A stretch of 64,000 nt of DNA. Origin: Mobula hypostoma (taxonomy: Eukaryota). The stretch lies in contig NC_086107.1 of NCBI RefSeq assembly GCF_963921235.1, forward strand, positions 112,284,001-112,348,000, read 5' to 3'. Of the stretch, positions 63,219 to 64,000 are shown one piece after another. The translations under genes were made by a program, and so were the position numbers. The notes beneath the pieces were generated by a model, which saw only the letters and a list, made by a program, of their open reading frames with translations, was not told the DNA's origin and did not search any database. Within the stretch, counting starts at the first letter, position 1. Each line of letters starts with the position of its first letter.

Positions 63219-64000
63219 AAAGCCTGAAATATCACTTCTACTCCACTGTTATGTCTACTGAATGGTTGCTGAGTACAATAAGATGTACTCTTGACCTCAC
63301 CGTATTGAAACTTCATTCTGCACTCTGCTATTATTTTACTTTGCAGTATTTCAACACACCATTGCAATGAATTGATCTGTGCGGACAGTATACAAGGCAC
63401 ATTTTTCACTCTACCTGTGTCAGTAGTAATTTACCAATTTAAACGTGGTGCTATCAGTGTTTGACTCTTCCAAGATAAAACTGGAAGAACTGACTAAATA
63501 GTGTCAATCTTTCCACACTGCAGCAGGCTGCAGCTCTAATGCAGTCTGTCTTCACTCCACACTCCCAACCACCTCCCCGTTGTGGAGCTGAGCCACTGAC
63601 GTGGGGACAGGGCTGTGCGCTAGCCACACCGAGAATCCCTGGACCACGCAACGTGCATCTTGTCAGAAGATGCGGACTCAAGGAAACTGTCTCCGAGCTG
63701 TCAGGAGCCGCACCTGGCTGTGCCATTTTTAGCCACCTGGCACATCCTTTGAGGTATCAACTGGAGAAAACAAAAACAAAATATGCATTGATTTAATACA
63801 TCAAGCTGTCTCTGGCACAGATGGAAGAGATGAACAGATCCCTGTTCTTTCCCCTGTATCTCCTGCTTCATTTTCCCTCCCACCGTTGCTGCTCTTTCTC
63901 TCTTCCCTTACCTCTCTTCTCAATAAGGATGAGAGCATTTTCATTTTAAAAAAAGATTATAGATTAGCTTTACCATTATTATTGAGATACAGTGCAGAAT

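Overview
Repeat-dense vertebrate genomic DNA, almost certainly intronic or intergenic sequence from a cartilaginous fish (ray/shark-type repeat inventory; the taxon is my inference). No complete host protein-coding gene is recognisable, and most ORFs in the track are LINE fragments, antisense shadows or low-complexity artefacts. The window is a mosaic of CR1-type LINE 3' fragments (one young 1.1 kb copy with an open 355-aa RT C-terminus), Rex1/Babar LINEs, RTE-derived non-autonomous elements, a HERO-clade RLE remnant, Penelope fragments with minimal hammerhead motifs, tRNA-derived SINEs, Tc1 and hAT non-autonomous elements, two solo LTRs, a decayed Gypsy LTR+gag, GA-rich tracts and two LINE-derived tandem arrays. 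The most striking item is at 8203-8665: a TSD-flanked RTE-like element carrying a ~178-bp, exactly circularly permuted piece of the ZFTRAF1 (CYHR1) 5' coding region, suggesting capture of a circular template. A CpG-rich patch and a candidate 23-nt minus-strand microexon near 50.7-51.3 kb hint at an unidentified host gene. Family names come from pattern recognition, not database searches, and many boundaries are approximate.
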